Assembly: GCA_030390025.1 (NCBI GenBank)
Contig: CM059431.1
Coordinates: 125,180,001-125,244,000 of the forward strand
Source: Squalus acanthias
Lineage: Eukaryota
Direction: 5' to 3'
DNA: 64,000 nucleotides
Positions 1-12,905 of the stretch are shown one piece after another. The notes beneath the pieces were generated by a model, which was not told the origin of the DNA, did no database searches, and worked only from the letters and a program-made list of their open reading frames with translations. Numbering within the stretch: the first letter of the stretch is position 1; the number at the start of each line of letters is the position of its first letter. Both the position numbers and the translations under genes were made by a program.

Positions 1-1479
1 CAGATGCAAACGCTCCCCCACCCACCGAACTCCACAGTGAGCGTTTGAAATCCTGGAAACGGAGCAGAAGTAAATCAACTCTATTAGTTTTTCCCCTCTT
101 CAGGTATTTAATGCAATGTGTGGATTTTATATCTGCTAACGAGAGTAAGTGTCCCTGTAAAGATAAGAATTTCTGACTACCCACAAATAATCTCATTCTA
201 ATAGATGTTAAATCAAATCTATGGAATTTGAAAATTCAGTGTATTGATGATTGACAATAATTTAAAATGTTAGTAGCTGCTGTAAACTTTGATATGAAGA
301 TGGATTAACTCCTTCAGGCATGGGCCATATAATGTATCGAATATTCTTAATTTGTAGTTCGGGGATGCAATCAAGCATTTTGAATGTGGACAGTAAGCCA
401 TGAATGAGCATTTAATGAAAGGTTCCTTGCTTCTTCATCTTCAAGTTTTAGTTGCTTGCTATTTATGGCTGATACAGGTTCAAAATTGGTTAGCCTGTTA
501 GCTTTATCTAGCTGGATGTTACTGTTGGTTTCATGAATGGTTCTATATTTTAGCAGACATTAGATTTGGTCGAATTTGCAAATGTTTCTTCTAGCTGAGG
601 AAACTAGTTTTATGAGCTGCAGTGTTCTAAGACAAAAGGTTGTGAGAAAGTGGCCTCCGCATAACCTCATTGCATCTACCATCTTGTAGCCATGTCACGC
701 TTCTAAGCAGCTGTTTGGCTTCAAAAAATTTCTATGCTGCAAGGGGAGTGACAAAAAAAAATCCAGATATCTTCTAAAAAGATTTTTTTACATTACCCTT
801 AAAAAATTAATGGATAGGCTTTCCTTCAAGATGCTCACCCAGCAGATTGAACCTGAGAAATAATTAAACTCTAATGGGTGCATTAGGTTTCATTTGATTT
901 TCACATTTCTGTCTGTTCTCATTAATAAACGTTTACCCTTTGTCATCAGTTGAACGTTAAGAGCAGCCTTGTGCACAGGTCAAGGTAAGTATTAGAAATG
1001 ATCCAATTATTTTTTTCATTGTCCAGTATTGACTTGCCCAAGTTGATGACTGATGTCTTCAATTCATTTAGTTCTTCACATCCACGAGCAGGTAATAGCA
1101 GAATAAAATGTTATCATTAGGTTTGATACTAGATTACATAAATCTCTACATGACTGGTTAAAAGCTGCACTCAGTAAAAATGCTCAGTGTTTCACTAACA
1201 TTAATTATCTGATGTTTGACAAGACATGAATTTCACCTCCAACTGTCAAAAGTCTTATTCCCAATTGGATTATTTCTATCTGCCGAAGTACCAGCACAAA
1301 CCAAAATTCATGAATATATTCAATTGGGAAATGGATCTCATGATTATTTAAATTCTTGATCCATTATAATTCAAAATTAATTTGGAAAGTTGGCTGTAAA
1401 ACCAGCAACTGAAAAGGGAAAACTTCTGGCAATTAATCTTAAAACTGCTCTCTTCTATTTGAGTTGTTTCGGGTTATTA

Positions 1480-1663
1480 GGGCTGATTTTAACTTTGGCA
1501 GAAAACGGGCGGTGGCGGATGGGCCACCCATTATACACCCCAAACCCCACCCGCTTTTGCTTTTGATTGATTTCAATGGAAAGGAAAATCAGGCAGGGTG
1601 TTTAACGCACAGCCAATCTGCTCTGGCCCGCTTTCTGCCATAACCAAAAGTTAACATCAGCCC
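1480..1663. mobile_element. Palindromic MITE (Harbinger-type GGGC termini)
   Basis: Termini gggctgattttaactttgg / ccaaaagttaacatcagccc plus inner inverted repeats ggcagaaaacgggc / gcccgctttctgcc; similar interior to the 20642-20804 element. Confidence 0.7.
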
Positions 1664-1814
1664 TATAGTTTCCTACAGTTAATTTTAACAAAAGTAGCTT
1701 GAATAAATCAGTGAGCATAACCTGCAGAAATTGGGAATTAAGTTTTCCTCCTCCATTACTACTACTCCTGCTTACAGCGGGAAAAAAAAGGTGCTAGTTA
1801 ATTTCTATTTGATC

Positions 1815-1995
1815 TTGGGATGTGGGAAACTCTGGCAAGGCAGTATTTATTGCCCCATTACTAGCTCTGAGGGCCTGTAGAGTCTATTATGCAGTCATAC
1901 ATAGGCCAGACTGGGTAAGAGTGGCAGGTGCCTTTCCTGAAGGACATTAGTGAACCAGTTAGGTACAGACAACAATCTAGTACCTTTCATGGTCT
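1815..1995 (-). mobile_element. Degenerate 3' fragment related to the CR1/L2-like LINE family
   Basis: gggatgtggg...ctggcaaggcagtatttattgcccc resembles the 3' ends at 7290, 35090 and 51350. Confidence 0.5.
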
Positions 1996-2678
1996 TTGTT
2001 TTCCCTCCGAGTGCCAAACCACGCAACTTGGCAGATTTATTGATTTCAGTTTCACAAAGGTTTGGGTTTCCATTCCATTACCATAATCACTGGGCTATTG
2101 TATCTAATAACAGTGGATGCCTTGTTAAAGGCATTTTTTGAGGAATTGCATAACTATGGTAGGTGCATAGACAGCACCTACCATAGTTATGCACCCGTCA
2201 AAATGAAAAAGCCTTCTCTGACACATGCTAACTTGATTATTCCTTGGGGAATCTGGGAGCAGATTCCATTGAAAATTTTTGAAATTTTAATTTTTTTAAA
2301 ACTGATGTATTCTGGTTAATTTTAGAACAATTTTTAACTGCATAGGTGATAGATTTGACATGTGGGGGGCGGGGGATATAAACTGTCAATTTACATGAGA
2401 TTCTCACTGCAGCACCCTAACCCAGACATTTAAGGCTATAAGTCCAGAATTCATCACTTTTTACTGCAAGCATCCATGATATTTTACGACAAGAGCTTAT
2501 CACTTTTGAATTTAATCAGCATTTAACATTCACTTTAATAGTTCCATCAATATTTTACTCAGCAATGTTCAGTGTTACTGTTTAATTATTACATCTGTGA
2601 CCAGTTGCAGCCACTCACACGTAAAAACTATATATAAAACTTAAATCACAGTTAAAATTACATTTCTATCTTCTCCAG

Positions 2679-2783
2679 ACGATGCTCTGCATTCCATTAA
2701 AATGTCCTTGCAGAAAATGTTGATAAGTATTGAAAATAATGTGGACTTCATGAATTTCAGCTGTGATGTGGCATGCATCACTG
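2679..2783 (+). CDS. Candidate internal coding exon of an unidentified host gene (105 nt, phase 1-1)
   Basis: Pyrimidine tract tttctatcttctccAG acceptor; open frame DALHSIKMSLQKMLISIENNVDFMNFSCDVACIT; weak donor CTG|GTACTG; lies in non-repeat sequence. Confidence 0.3.
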
Positions 2784-2885
2784 GTACTGTCATGCAGTAT
2801 AATCGACCTGTGATATCTATGTCACCACCACCTCTCTCGACCTCTCCACTGTCTCTAATTTGTCACAGTGCTTGTCTGATACCCA

Positions 2886-3730
2886 GGGCTGGATTTTACC
2901 AGCCCTGAGGAGGCAGGACTGATGGGAAAATGGGAAAAATTGGGAGGGGGTCCCAACCCCACTCCTAACCTGCCTCCGAACCATCTTCCCGGGAGGCGGG
3001 TCCCCGACTCGTGCAGGGATCCGTCTCCTAGTGGCGGGAAGGGGATTAGAGCCAATTAACTGCCTGTTAACTAGTTAAGTTAAGAGGCTTTTCCCCATTT
3101 TCCGCCTGCTGATGCGGCCTTCCCGACGGCGGGAAACCCCGCCAGGGTCAGCGAGGCGAGCTGTGGCTCTGCTGCAGTGTAAGTGTGCAAATGACAGCTG
3201 CAGAGGTAGCGTGATGGGTGCAATGGTGCACAGGTAAGAATGACAGGTGAGAGAATGTAGTGAGAAATATTTTTATTCTGTTTATATGTATCTGCAGGTG
3301 ACAAGATTTGATGTTTCTGTGCAGCCTCATCTGATCGGGAGAATTGACAGATAGCTTCTGCAATCTCACATGCAGCTGCCATCTGTTTTCTCCTAAGGAG
3401 AGAGTCATTGGTGAGCCTGGGTGAAAGGGCTCACCTTTGGACAGTGATTGTCAGTGTTTGACAGCACCTCAATGCTGTCAAACACTGTCAAATCATCTGT
3501 CAAAAAATTATGGGGCCTGTCCCTTTAAGAAAGCCGGCCGATGAAGCGTCATACACTGACGTCATCTGACACCGGCTATCCCTTAATTGGCCGGCAAGTC
3601 CACAGGGCGGGCTTAACAAGGCCAATCAAGGGAAAATAGCATCTATTCGTCAGACGTCACAGTCCCGCCCCCAACGTGCCTCCTCAGGTAATATCGCGAC
3701 CCCAGTATTCGATGAGCAGAAATTTCCTCC
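2886..3730. mobile_element. Non-autonomous Harbinger-type element (same family as 60997-63027)
   Basis: Left end gggctggattttacc; degenerate right end; colinear similarity to 60997-63027. Confidence 0.65.
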
Positions 3731-3759
3731 AATTAAATATTGGGAAGACCAAAGCCATT

Positions 3760-6638
3760 GGGATGGATTTTCCTCTGGGGCAGTTTTGTTGTCAGAGGAG
3801 GGTCAGGACGGGACTTCTTCCCACTGACCTGAATCCAGTGTGACCACACCTAGGCCACAATTTTGCCGGCGCTCAGACAACGGGTTCGGAGGCGGGTCAG
3901 GTGTTAAACTCGCAATGATTGATGGCGGGTCAGAAAACCGCTGCGAACCCGCCGCCATGTGAGTTTCAAGAGTGTCGGGTCTGGGATTACACAACAGACC
4001 CGACACCAAGCAGTAGGTAAGGGATTTAAGGCACTTAACTCCTTGTTAAGTGCTTGTTAACTACTATTTTGACAGCCTTTTGCAATTTTCCAACATTTGA
4101 TTCAGGTTTTATGACGTTCGGAGATCACGCCAGGTAAGTGTGTCGGGAAGACCAACCAGCTGGAAACTTCACAGCTGAAAATGCACTCTCAAATCTGCTC
4201 AATTTCAAATGTCAGAGGTTGCTGATTTCACGATTGGGAGACTGTCTTGAGGCTGTAAGTGTCTGTTGTTAACTCTATATGCACTGTCACCTGCATTGCT
4301 GGACATAAAAGGTGCCCTCACCCTTCACTGTGCCACCTTAAATTGGGATCACACAAATGGCAACGATGTCAAACGTTCATACAAGTTTAATTTATTCCAA
4401 CATAATAAAAGAACAGAAACTTAACATTGAATTCTACCAGAACACCCAAGTGAGTACCCTTGTGATCATTTATATATCAGCTTTCTCTTACGCGTGCTTC
4501 TACATTGTGCTACCCCTGTGGCTTCAGTAGATGTAGAGACAGCCTGCTCACTTCCCTGCTGCACCTGCTTTGATGCCTTTGGCGGTTGTTCTCTGGGTTT
4601 TGGAGCCTTTGAAGGCCCCGCCAAAGGCTGTTCCTCCTGCGGCTGCACAGGGGCAGACTCGACCGTCACTGCTCCGGCAGTCATCTGGGGCTCTGATCGA
4701 GGGCTTGGCAAGGGGATGGAAGTTGGAGCGCTTGGAGAGCAGCCCACACTTGCATGTCGCCTCCCACCATCATCCCTCTCATGGGCCACGCGCACTTCTC
4801 TGATCGCAAGTAGCTGCAGAGCACCTTGCTGCACATCAGTGGGGCCATGAGGACCCATCTCTGTACTGACAGTCCTCATAATGGGGATGTCCATGTACCT
4901 CTGGTTCCTCTCAACGATAGATGCCATCTATCCTCCATAGCTGACCATCTATTTAGAAGAGTCACCATGTTCATTTGAGTCTGGCGATTTATGTCCTCCA
5001 TGGAGGTTGCCATCCTTTCCATGGCGGTACCTACATTCACCATTGCATGCACCACAGCATTGCTCATGTTTGAGATGGACTCCTCCATTCTCTGCACACT
5101 CGCAGTCACCATGGTTGCAAACCCAGTCAGAGTCTCCTGCACTTGGTCCTGAAACTCCAGCACCGCTTTCTTTCTGGATGGCCCCCGAGGCTCAGCATCT
5201 ACATGCAGCTGAGTAGAGCTAGGAGTGTCCTACGGCCTCCGACGAGGACTCTCCACTGCTGTCCCTGTCTCCACCATCTGCTCTTGCTCACTCATGCGTT
5301 GTGATACACCAGGTGACAACATTACTCTATCTCGTGAACGACCCACCGAGGTGCGCGTGACTGCGCTGTGCTGGGTGCGTTGATTGCTGCTGACGCTGCT
5401 CCCTCAGAGGATGCAGCATCCTCTGAGGAGTCCTCCGGCTCTTCCTCCTGGGCAGTAGGGAGGGGGGCTCTTGATGGTCCTGTGGGGGAGTAAAGACATG
5501 AGTTAGACATGTGATATTTAGACTGCAGACACATTCCATTGTGCACATGATGAGCATTCAATTTCTAATGACATTAGATGCCATATGTGTCACTCATGAA
5601 AGCCAAATAAGATGGATGGAGAAGCATTCTGTCACCAGGTTGTTCAACTGAGCCCGTCTCTCCGTCCCCCACTTTGAGCTGTTCTACTCATCCCACAATT
5701 TCCAGAGCGGCCTCCTCAGCGTTGATCAGCTGTGATAAGGATGGTGGTCCTCCTGTTGTCTCCCTCTCCCTGTTATTGTGGGCTCTCTTTTCCTGCAATG
5801 AGGGAATGACGTGGAGTTTCAGTGAGAGTGATGGAATGAGTGTAAAGAATGGACAGAATAGATGTTTAGAGGGAGACTGTGAAGGAGTGGGTTCCCATAA
5901 TGAAGTTCCCTCCTTTTGAGTTGTTAGTTGTCAGTGCATAACCTTGAGGGTGGGTGTGAGGAGTGCATAGTAAGATGGGGAAGTGAATCTGTGCATAGGG
6001 AGAGAGGGATTGGTGCAAGGGATGTTAGGTTGAGTCAGGATGTGCAGGAGTAGGGTTAGCAATGCAGAGTGATGGGGATGTAATGACAGGCACAGCAGAA
6101 TTAAGGTAAGTGTGCTTTTATTCTCACTTTTCCAGAACACAGGAGATCATTGAACCTTTTCCTGAATTGGACCCAGGTGCGTCTATACACAGACCTGGCA
6201 TTGACCTCCTCAGCTATTCGCAGCCAGGCTGCCTTTGTCTGCTGAGGAGGTTTCCTTCTTCCATCAGATGGGTACAGGACCTCCCGACATCCTCTGACTC
6301 CCTCCACAAGAACATGGAGGGAGTCCTCGTTGAAGCGGGGAGCTGTCTTTTGTTTCTCTGCAGACATCGTGGTGAGAAGCAACAGTCAGAAGCACCAGAA
6401 ATGACCTGAGATCTAATGGGGAAATGGCCCCCTTAAATGCACTGGCTGCAAACGCGTCAGCATCTCAACTGAACAGACCCGCACCTTGTGATGAGGGCGC
6501 GTAACCCACACGGCGGGCTTAACTAGGCCAATCAATGAAAAATTGTGTCAGCAGGCCGGCAGGAGCCGGCAGCGGGACAGGAACCCGCCCACTACCGTTC
6601 CCGATGAAAACCCGTCTCCAGGAAGAAAATCACGGCCC
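3760..6638 (-). mobile_element. PIF/Harbinger element carrying the Myb/SANT-like gene but no recognisable transposase
   Basis: Imperfect TIRs gggatggattttcct / gaagaaaatcacggccc; contains the Myb-like gene. Confidence 0.75.
4466..6367 (-). pseudogene. Harbinger Myb/SANT-like DNA-binding protein gene, 3 exons (6367-6128, 5792-5636, 5479-4466), with stops/frameshifts
   Basis: APRFNEDSLHVLVEGV...AWLRIAEEVNARSVYRRTWVQFRKRFNDL is a Myb_DNA-bind_5-type motif; GT-AG introns visible; basic C-terminal STRKRK. Confidence 0.8.
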
Positions 6639-7282
6639 TAATTTCCTGGGGTCATTCTCCATGAGGGTGAGTTCCTGCATTGACTCTGCTTTATGTAGGG
6701 AACCTTCCACTGCCAGCCAGAGAACTGGTGCTGGTGCTGCAGCTGGACACCTACTGTAGTACCCGAAGGAGGAAGAGTCAGCATTGCAGTGGCAGAAACG
6801 CCTTGAATAGTTTTTCATAAATTAGAATAAAGGCTCTCCATGAGCCAGGAGCACTCCAAGAACAAGTAAGGCATCTGAAGAGAGGGAGAGATGCCCATTA
6901 ACTAAGCTCTCTTCCTCCCAAAGGGCCTTCAACAGGTTTGTGTTGCTGCCAAAAGATGTACCAGCACCCCTCTTCCTACAGTAGATGAAAAATACTTTTC
7001 AATGGATTGATACGTCAATCTGATACTATTAATAGTGAATCACATTCCTATGCATAATGTGTACTTTCTGAATTAGAAAAAAGTATGAAATGAAAATAGA
7101 CCCTTATTACTGGTGTATTGTCAACCTAACTGGGAACAATGTAATAGGAAACTCAAAACATAGTACTGATGGACAAAGGGGAATTGGACATGTACACTTT
7201 TGTCTTCCATTGAGGAACAAGTATGTGAAAGAATTTTAGCATTGGAAATGTAAGAGATAATTTACTTATTTCACAATTTTTT

Positions 7283-8142
7283 TTATTCGTTCATGGTATG
7301 TGGGTGTCGCTGGCAAGGCCAGCATTTATTGTCCATCCCCAATTGCCCTTGAGAAGGAGATGGTGAGCCGACTTATTGAACCTCGGCAGACCCTGTGGTG
7401 AAGGTACTCCTACAGTGTTGTTAGGGCGGGACTTCCAGGATTTTGACCCAGCGATGATGAAGGAATGGTGATATATTTCCAAGTCAGGATGGTGTGTGAC
7501 TTGGAGGGGCACTTGGAGGTGATGATGTTCCCATCCGCCTGCTGCCCTTGTCCTTCCTTGTAGAGGGTGTGGGTTTGAGAGGTGCTGTTGAAGAAGCCTT
7601 GGTGAGTTGCTGCATTGCATCTTGTGGATATATTTATGTGGCTGGTCCAGTTAAGTTTCTGGTCAGTGGTGACGCCCAGGATGTTGATAGTGGAAGATTT
7701 GGCAATGGTAATGCCATTGAATGTAAAGGGGTGGTGTTTAGACTCTCTCTTGATGGAGATAGTCATTGCCTGGCACTTGTGTGGTGCGAATGTTACTTGC
7801 CACTTATCAGCTCAAGGCAGAATGTTGTCCAGGTCTTGCTGCATGTGGGCATAGAGTGCTTTATTATCTGAGGAGTTCTGAATGGAACTGAACATTGTGC
7901 AATCATCAGCAAACATCCCCACTTCTGATCTTATGATGGAGTAAAGATCATTGATGAAACAGCTGAAGATGGTTGGGCTTAGGACACTGCCCTGAGGAAC
8001 TCCTGCAGCGATGTACTGGGGTTGAGATGATTGGCCTCTAACAACCACCTTCCTTTGTGCTAGGTATGACTCCAGCTAGTGGAGAGTTTTGCCCCTGATT
8101 CCCATTGACTTAAATTTTACTAGAACTCCTTGATGCCACATG
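7283..8142 (-). mobile_element. CR1/L2-group LINE 3' fragment (RT C-terminus + 3' UTR)
   Basis: AGVPQGSVLSPTIFSCFINDL...MFADD RT motifs. Confidence 0.9.
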
Positions 8143-8606
8143 CTGCAATGAGGAGATTCACGTTGTTTCTTTACTTGAGTAGTAACAAAAAATAGTCATT
8201 GCTTCAGGTTCAATACTTTTATTTCTTCAGACAATATGCAAAGCACTTTACAACCAGAGTAGATTAAACAGCACTTCACTATTCCCTCACTGCACTAACT
8301 TTCTAAACACAAAGGCCAGAATTTTCTTTACCTGGGCGGGCCGGGTGCGGGTGGTCGGCGTGGTGGGTCGCAACCCTGTTGCTGCTTTCATCCCGCTCCA
8401 GAAATCGACTTTGTGCTAATGGAGCCTATTAAGCCCACCCTGGCGTTACCCGGCCCTATTAAATGGTGCGGGTCTGATGATGTCATCCATGACGTGTTTT
8501 CAGCCGGTAGATTTAAAGGAGCCACGGCCACATTGCATTTGAAGGTTCGTCTAGGAGTGTGCAGTCACTGCACTGGAGCTTCTGATTGTTCCAAACACTT
8601 GGAAAC

Positions 8607-10451
8607 ATGACTGAACAGAGGCAGAGGGCTGCACCCAGCTTCTCCAATGACGCCCTCCATATGCTTGTGGAGGGAGTCAGAGCACGCAGGGAGGTCCCCT
8701 TCCCTTCCAATTGGCAGAAGAGACCTCTCCAGGACACAAAAAGAGCCTGGCTTAAAATAGCAGAGGAGGTCAACAGTAGGTCAGGAGGACCTGGGTGCAG
8801 TGCTGGAAACGTTTCAATTATCTCATTAGGTTAGTACAAAGCCACACTCAACTTCATCCTGCTGTGCCTCTCATTACATCCCCATCACTCTACCTTCCCA
8901 ACCCTACTCCTGCACATCATTACTCACACCAACATACCTTGCATGTCCACCCATCCCTCTCTATCAACATTATCACATCCCTATCTTACTAGCCACCCCT
9001 CACACTCACCCTCATCCTAACACAATCATACCAACTATGCCATTTGCCATCCCACTCCATCATAGTCTCCCTCTAAACATCTAACCCATCCATTCCTTAC
9101 ACTATTCCATCACTCTCACTCAATCTTCTCTTCTTTGCCTCCTTGCTTGAAAAGAGAGCCCACAATAAGAGGGAGAGGGAGAGAACTGGAGGTGGAATGG
9201 CATCATTTGCCACCCACACAACAGCAGAGGAGTTGGAAGTAGCGGGATTCGCCGAGCAGCTGGAGGTGGTAGATGGAGAGAGGGGGACATCTCAGCAACT
9301 TGGTGACAGAATTACATATTAACCAGCTACATGGCGTAAATCAGTCACTCATGTGGGGATTGATGTCATCAGCCACTGAATGGTCATCATTTGCATAATG
9401 GTATCTGTACCCATTATTCATATGACATATCTAACTCATCTCTTTACTCTTCCACAGGTCCATCAAGGTCCCCCACTGTACAGGAAGAAGAGGAGGATGA
9501 CTCCTCAGAGGAGCCTCCAGCCTCTGAGGGTGCACCGTCACCAGACATAAGTGCACCCGCACCAGCGCAGATATGCACACTTCGGTGGGTCCTACGGGAG
9601 ATAGACTATTACCTGATGTCTCACAACTCACAGTGAGCAAGAGCAGATGGTGGTGACAGGGACAGCAGTGGAGACTCCTCGCCGGAGGGCGCAGGACACT
9701 CCCAGCTCTGCTCAGCTGCATGCAGAGGCTGATTCTCGGGGGGCCGTCCAGACAGTGGGCGATCCTGGAGGTGCAGCAAGAAGTGCAGGAGCCGTTGACA
9801 GCTTTTACGACCGCGATGTCTACAAATGTTCAGAGAATGGAGGAGTCCATCTCCAACATGAGCACCACCATGTCACAGGCGATGGTGACTGTAGCTCTTC
9901 CATGGAAAGGACGGCCACCTGCATGGGGCAGCTGATGTGCCACCTACATGAGCACATGCTATCTATGGAGAAAGAATAGATGGCAGAGGCTCATAGACCT
10001 CCTGTCTAGGAGGGATGTTAGCGTAAACGTGGGTCCTCATGACCCCACTGATATGGAGCAAGGTGCTCTCCAGCTCCTTGCTAGCAGGGAAGTGCGGGTG
10101 GACCATGAGAGGGATGATAGTGAGAGGGCACATGGAAGTGGGGACTCCTCTCAAAGCGTTTACACTTCTCCCCCATTGCCAGCCCCTCAGTCAGAGCTCC
10201 AGATGCCTCCTCAGACAGCGATGGCCGAGTCTTGCCCTGCACAGTCACAGAAGAAGCAAACTTTGGCGGGGCCATCACAGGCTCCAAAACCCAGAGGACG
10301 TCTGCCAAGAGTGTCTAAGCTGTCGCAGCAGGGAAGTGAGGAGGCTGCCTCTACCTCTGCTGAAGCCACAGGGGTAGCACCTTGTAGAAGCACATGGAAG
10401 AGAAAGGTGACACACAGTAGATTCACAAGGGTAGCCAGTTGGGTGTTTTAG
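8607..10451 (+). pseudogene. Harbinger Myb/SANT-like gene copy
   Basis: MTEQRQRAAPSFSNDALHMLVEGVRARREV...AWLKIAEEVNS; exon 3 acceptor tccacAG near 9457; C-terminus matches 4466-4927. Confidence 0.8.
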
Positions 10452-10820
10452 TCAATGTTAATGTGAAGTTTTCGTTAATATGACCTCAACCATAAAACTG
10501 TTTATTTTCACCACTTTCCGGTTTTGGAGAAAATTGTGCTCAACTTTGTATTGGCTAAGTGAGTTGCAGTGAATGGTGAGACATAACGGTACCTCCAGCA
10601 ATGGTGGTCAGTGTGAAAGGAATGGCTTGGTCATTGTATGGTGTTGCTGTGGGGTGGCGCCAACCTGGCACAGCATGTGGCAGACATATGGGTGTACAGC
10701 ATAAAGTGAAGTAAATCTGGCCATGATGAGGCCATCCCTGACCTCCTGGGCATCAAGGTGCTTGGGTGCTGATGCCTTCTGTCCTGTGCAGCATCAGGTG
10801 GTTGCGGAGAAGGTTGTTGG

Positions 10821-12905
10821 CAACCGCTTAATCCACTCTGTCATCTCCATCAATGTAGCCCCAAAACAGCGGCAGCAACAGAAACAACGCTGCAGGAAAA
10901 TCAACGCTGGAGCACTCAAAGACCTCGCTAAGAAAGCCCTATTCAGCCTGCACCTCACAAACAACCTAACGACTCCCAGTGATGTAGAGACACAGAGTGT
11001 CCACAGTGCCTGGTGTGCACTCAAGCCCTCCATAATCAGCGCCTGTGAAGAGACACTCGGTCACTCGACCAGGAAACACCAAGACTGGTTCGACGAGAAC
11101 GACCAGGAGATCCAGGAGCTAATAAGCCACAAGCGCAAGGCATTCCTGATCTGGAAACAGCAACACAACTCGAGAGCAAGAAAGCAGCTCTGCAGACGCC
11201 TGAAGGCTGAGGTCCAACAAAAAACTCGCGACCTAAAGAACAGATGGTGGGTGGAGAAAGCGCAGGAGATCCAGCAGCTAGCCGACAACCACGACGTGCG
11301 TGGATTCTTTAGCGCTGTCAAGACCATCTATGGCCCAAGGTCCTACCCCACTGCGGGCCAAGAACAGAGAGGTACTCATCAAGGACAGAGTGGCAGTCAG
11401 TGCCCGCTGGAAGGAGCACTTCGAAGATCTCCTTAACCGAGACTCTGTCTTCGATGCGAGTGTCCTCAACTCCATCCCACAGCATGTTACCCACCACCAT
11501 CTCAGCAAAACTCTAGCCCGGCATGAGGTTGAAAAGGCCATCCAACAACTGAAGAACAACAAGGCCTCAGGAGCAGATGGAATCCCTGCCGAGGCACTAA
11601 AGCATGGCGGAGAAGTACTACTGGTGCGAATTCATGAACTCATTTCTCTTATCTGGAAGGAGGAGAGCATGCCAGGGAATCTCAGAGACTCCGTAATTGT
11701 GACCATCTTCAAGAAAGGTGACAAGTCCGATTGCGGTAATTACAGAGGAGTTTCCCTGCTGTCTGCCACAGGGAAAGTCATCGTAAGAATCCTCCTCAAT
11801 CGCCTTCTCCCAATGGCCGAAGAGCTCCTCCCAGAGTCGCAATGCGGATTCCGCCCATTAAGGGGCACAATAGACATGATCTTCACCGCACGTCAATTAC
11901 AAGAGAAATGCAGGGAACAGCACCAACCGCTATACAATGCCTTCTTTGATCTCACAAAGGCCTTCGATACTGTCAACCGTGAGGGATTATGGAGTGTCCT
12001 CCTCAAATTCGGCTGCCCTCAAAAGTTTGTCACTATCCTCTGCCTGCTTCACGACAACATGCAAGCCATGACCCTGACCAACGGTTCCACCACAGACCCA
12101 ATTCACGTATGGACCGGGGTGCAGCAAGGCTGTGTAATCGCAACAAAGCTCTTCTCGATCTTCCTTGCTGCAATGCTCCATCTCACCCTCAGTAAGCTCC
12201 CCGCTGGAGTGGAGCTAATTTACAGAACAAACGGGAAACTGTTCAATCTCTGTCGCCTCCAGTCCAGATCCAAGGTTGTCCTATCCCCTGTCGTCGAATT
12301 ACTGTATGCAGACGACGCTTGCGTCTGCGCTCACTCGGAGGTACCACCAACGCTGCCTCCGCAAGATCCTGCAAATCCATTGGCAGGATAGGCGCACCAA
12401 TGTCAGTGTTCTCGCTCAGGCCAACATCCCCAGCATCGAAGCTCTGACCACGCTCGATCAGCTCCGATGGATGGGTCACATCGTCCGCATGCCCGATACG
12501 AGACTCCCAAAACAAGCGCTCTACTCAGAGCTCTGACACAGCAAGAGAGCCCAAGGTGGGCAAAGGAAACGCTTCAAGGACACCCTTAAAGTCTCCTTGA
12601 AAAAGTGCAACATCCTCAGACACCTGGGAATCACAGGCCCAAGACCGCACAAAGTGGAGGAGAAGCATCCGGGAAGACGCCGAACACCTTGAGTCTCTTC
12701 GCCGGGAGCAAGTGGAAACCAAGCGCAAGTAGCGGAAGGCGCGCACATCAACCCAAGCACCCCACCCACCCACCCCTTCAACCACCGTCTGCCCCACCTG
12801 TGACAGAGACTGTCGGTCCCGCATTGGGCTCATCAGTTACCTGAGAACTCATTTTTAATGTGGAAGCAAGTCATCTTCGGTTCCGAGGGACTGCCTAAGA
12901 GAAGA
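10821..12905 (+). mobile_element. RTE-clade (BovB-like) LINE, 5'-truncated, with internal deletion at ~12340
   Basis: GNYRGVSLLS, PESQCGFR, FFDLTKAFD, GVQQGC, LLYADD; C-terminal CPTC..C...H zinc finger; (aag) tail; possible GTTGG TSD. Confidence 0.92.

Noticed and set aside
950..984. 35-nt micro-exon candidate with strong AAG|GTAAGT donor
   Set aside because: Its only open frame is phase-incompatible with the 2679 candidate; no recognisable peptide
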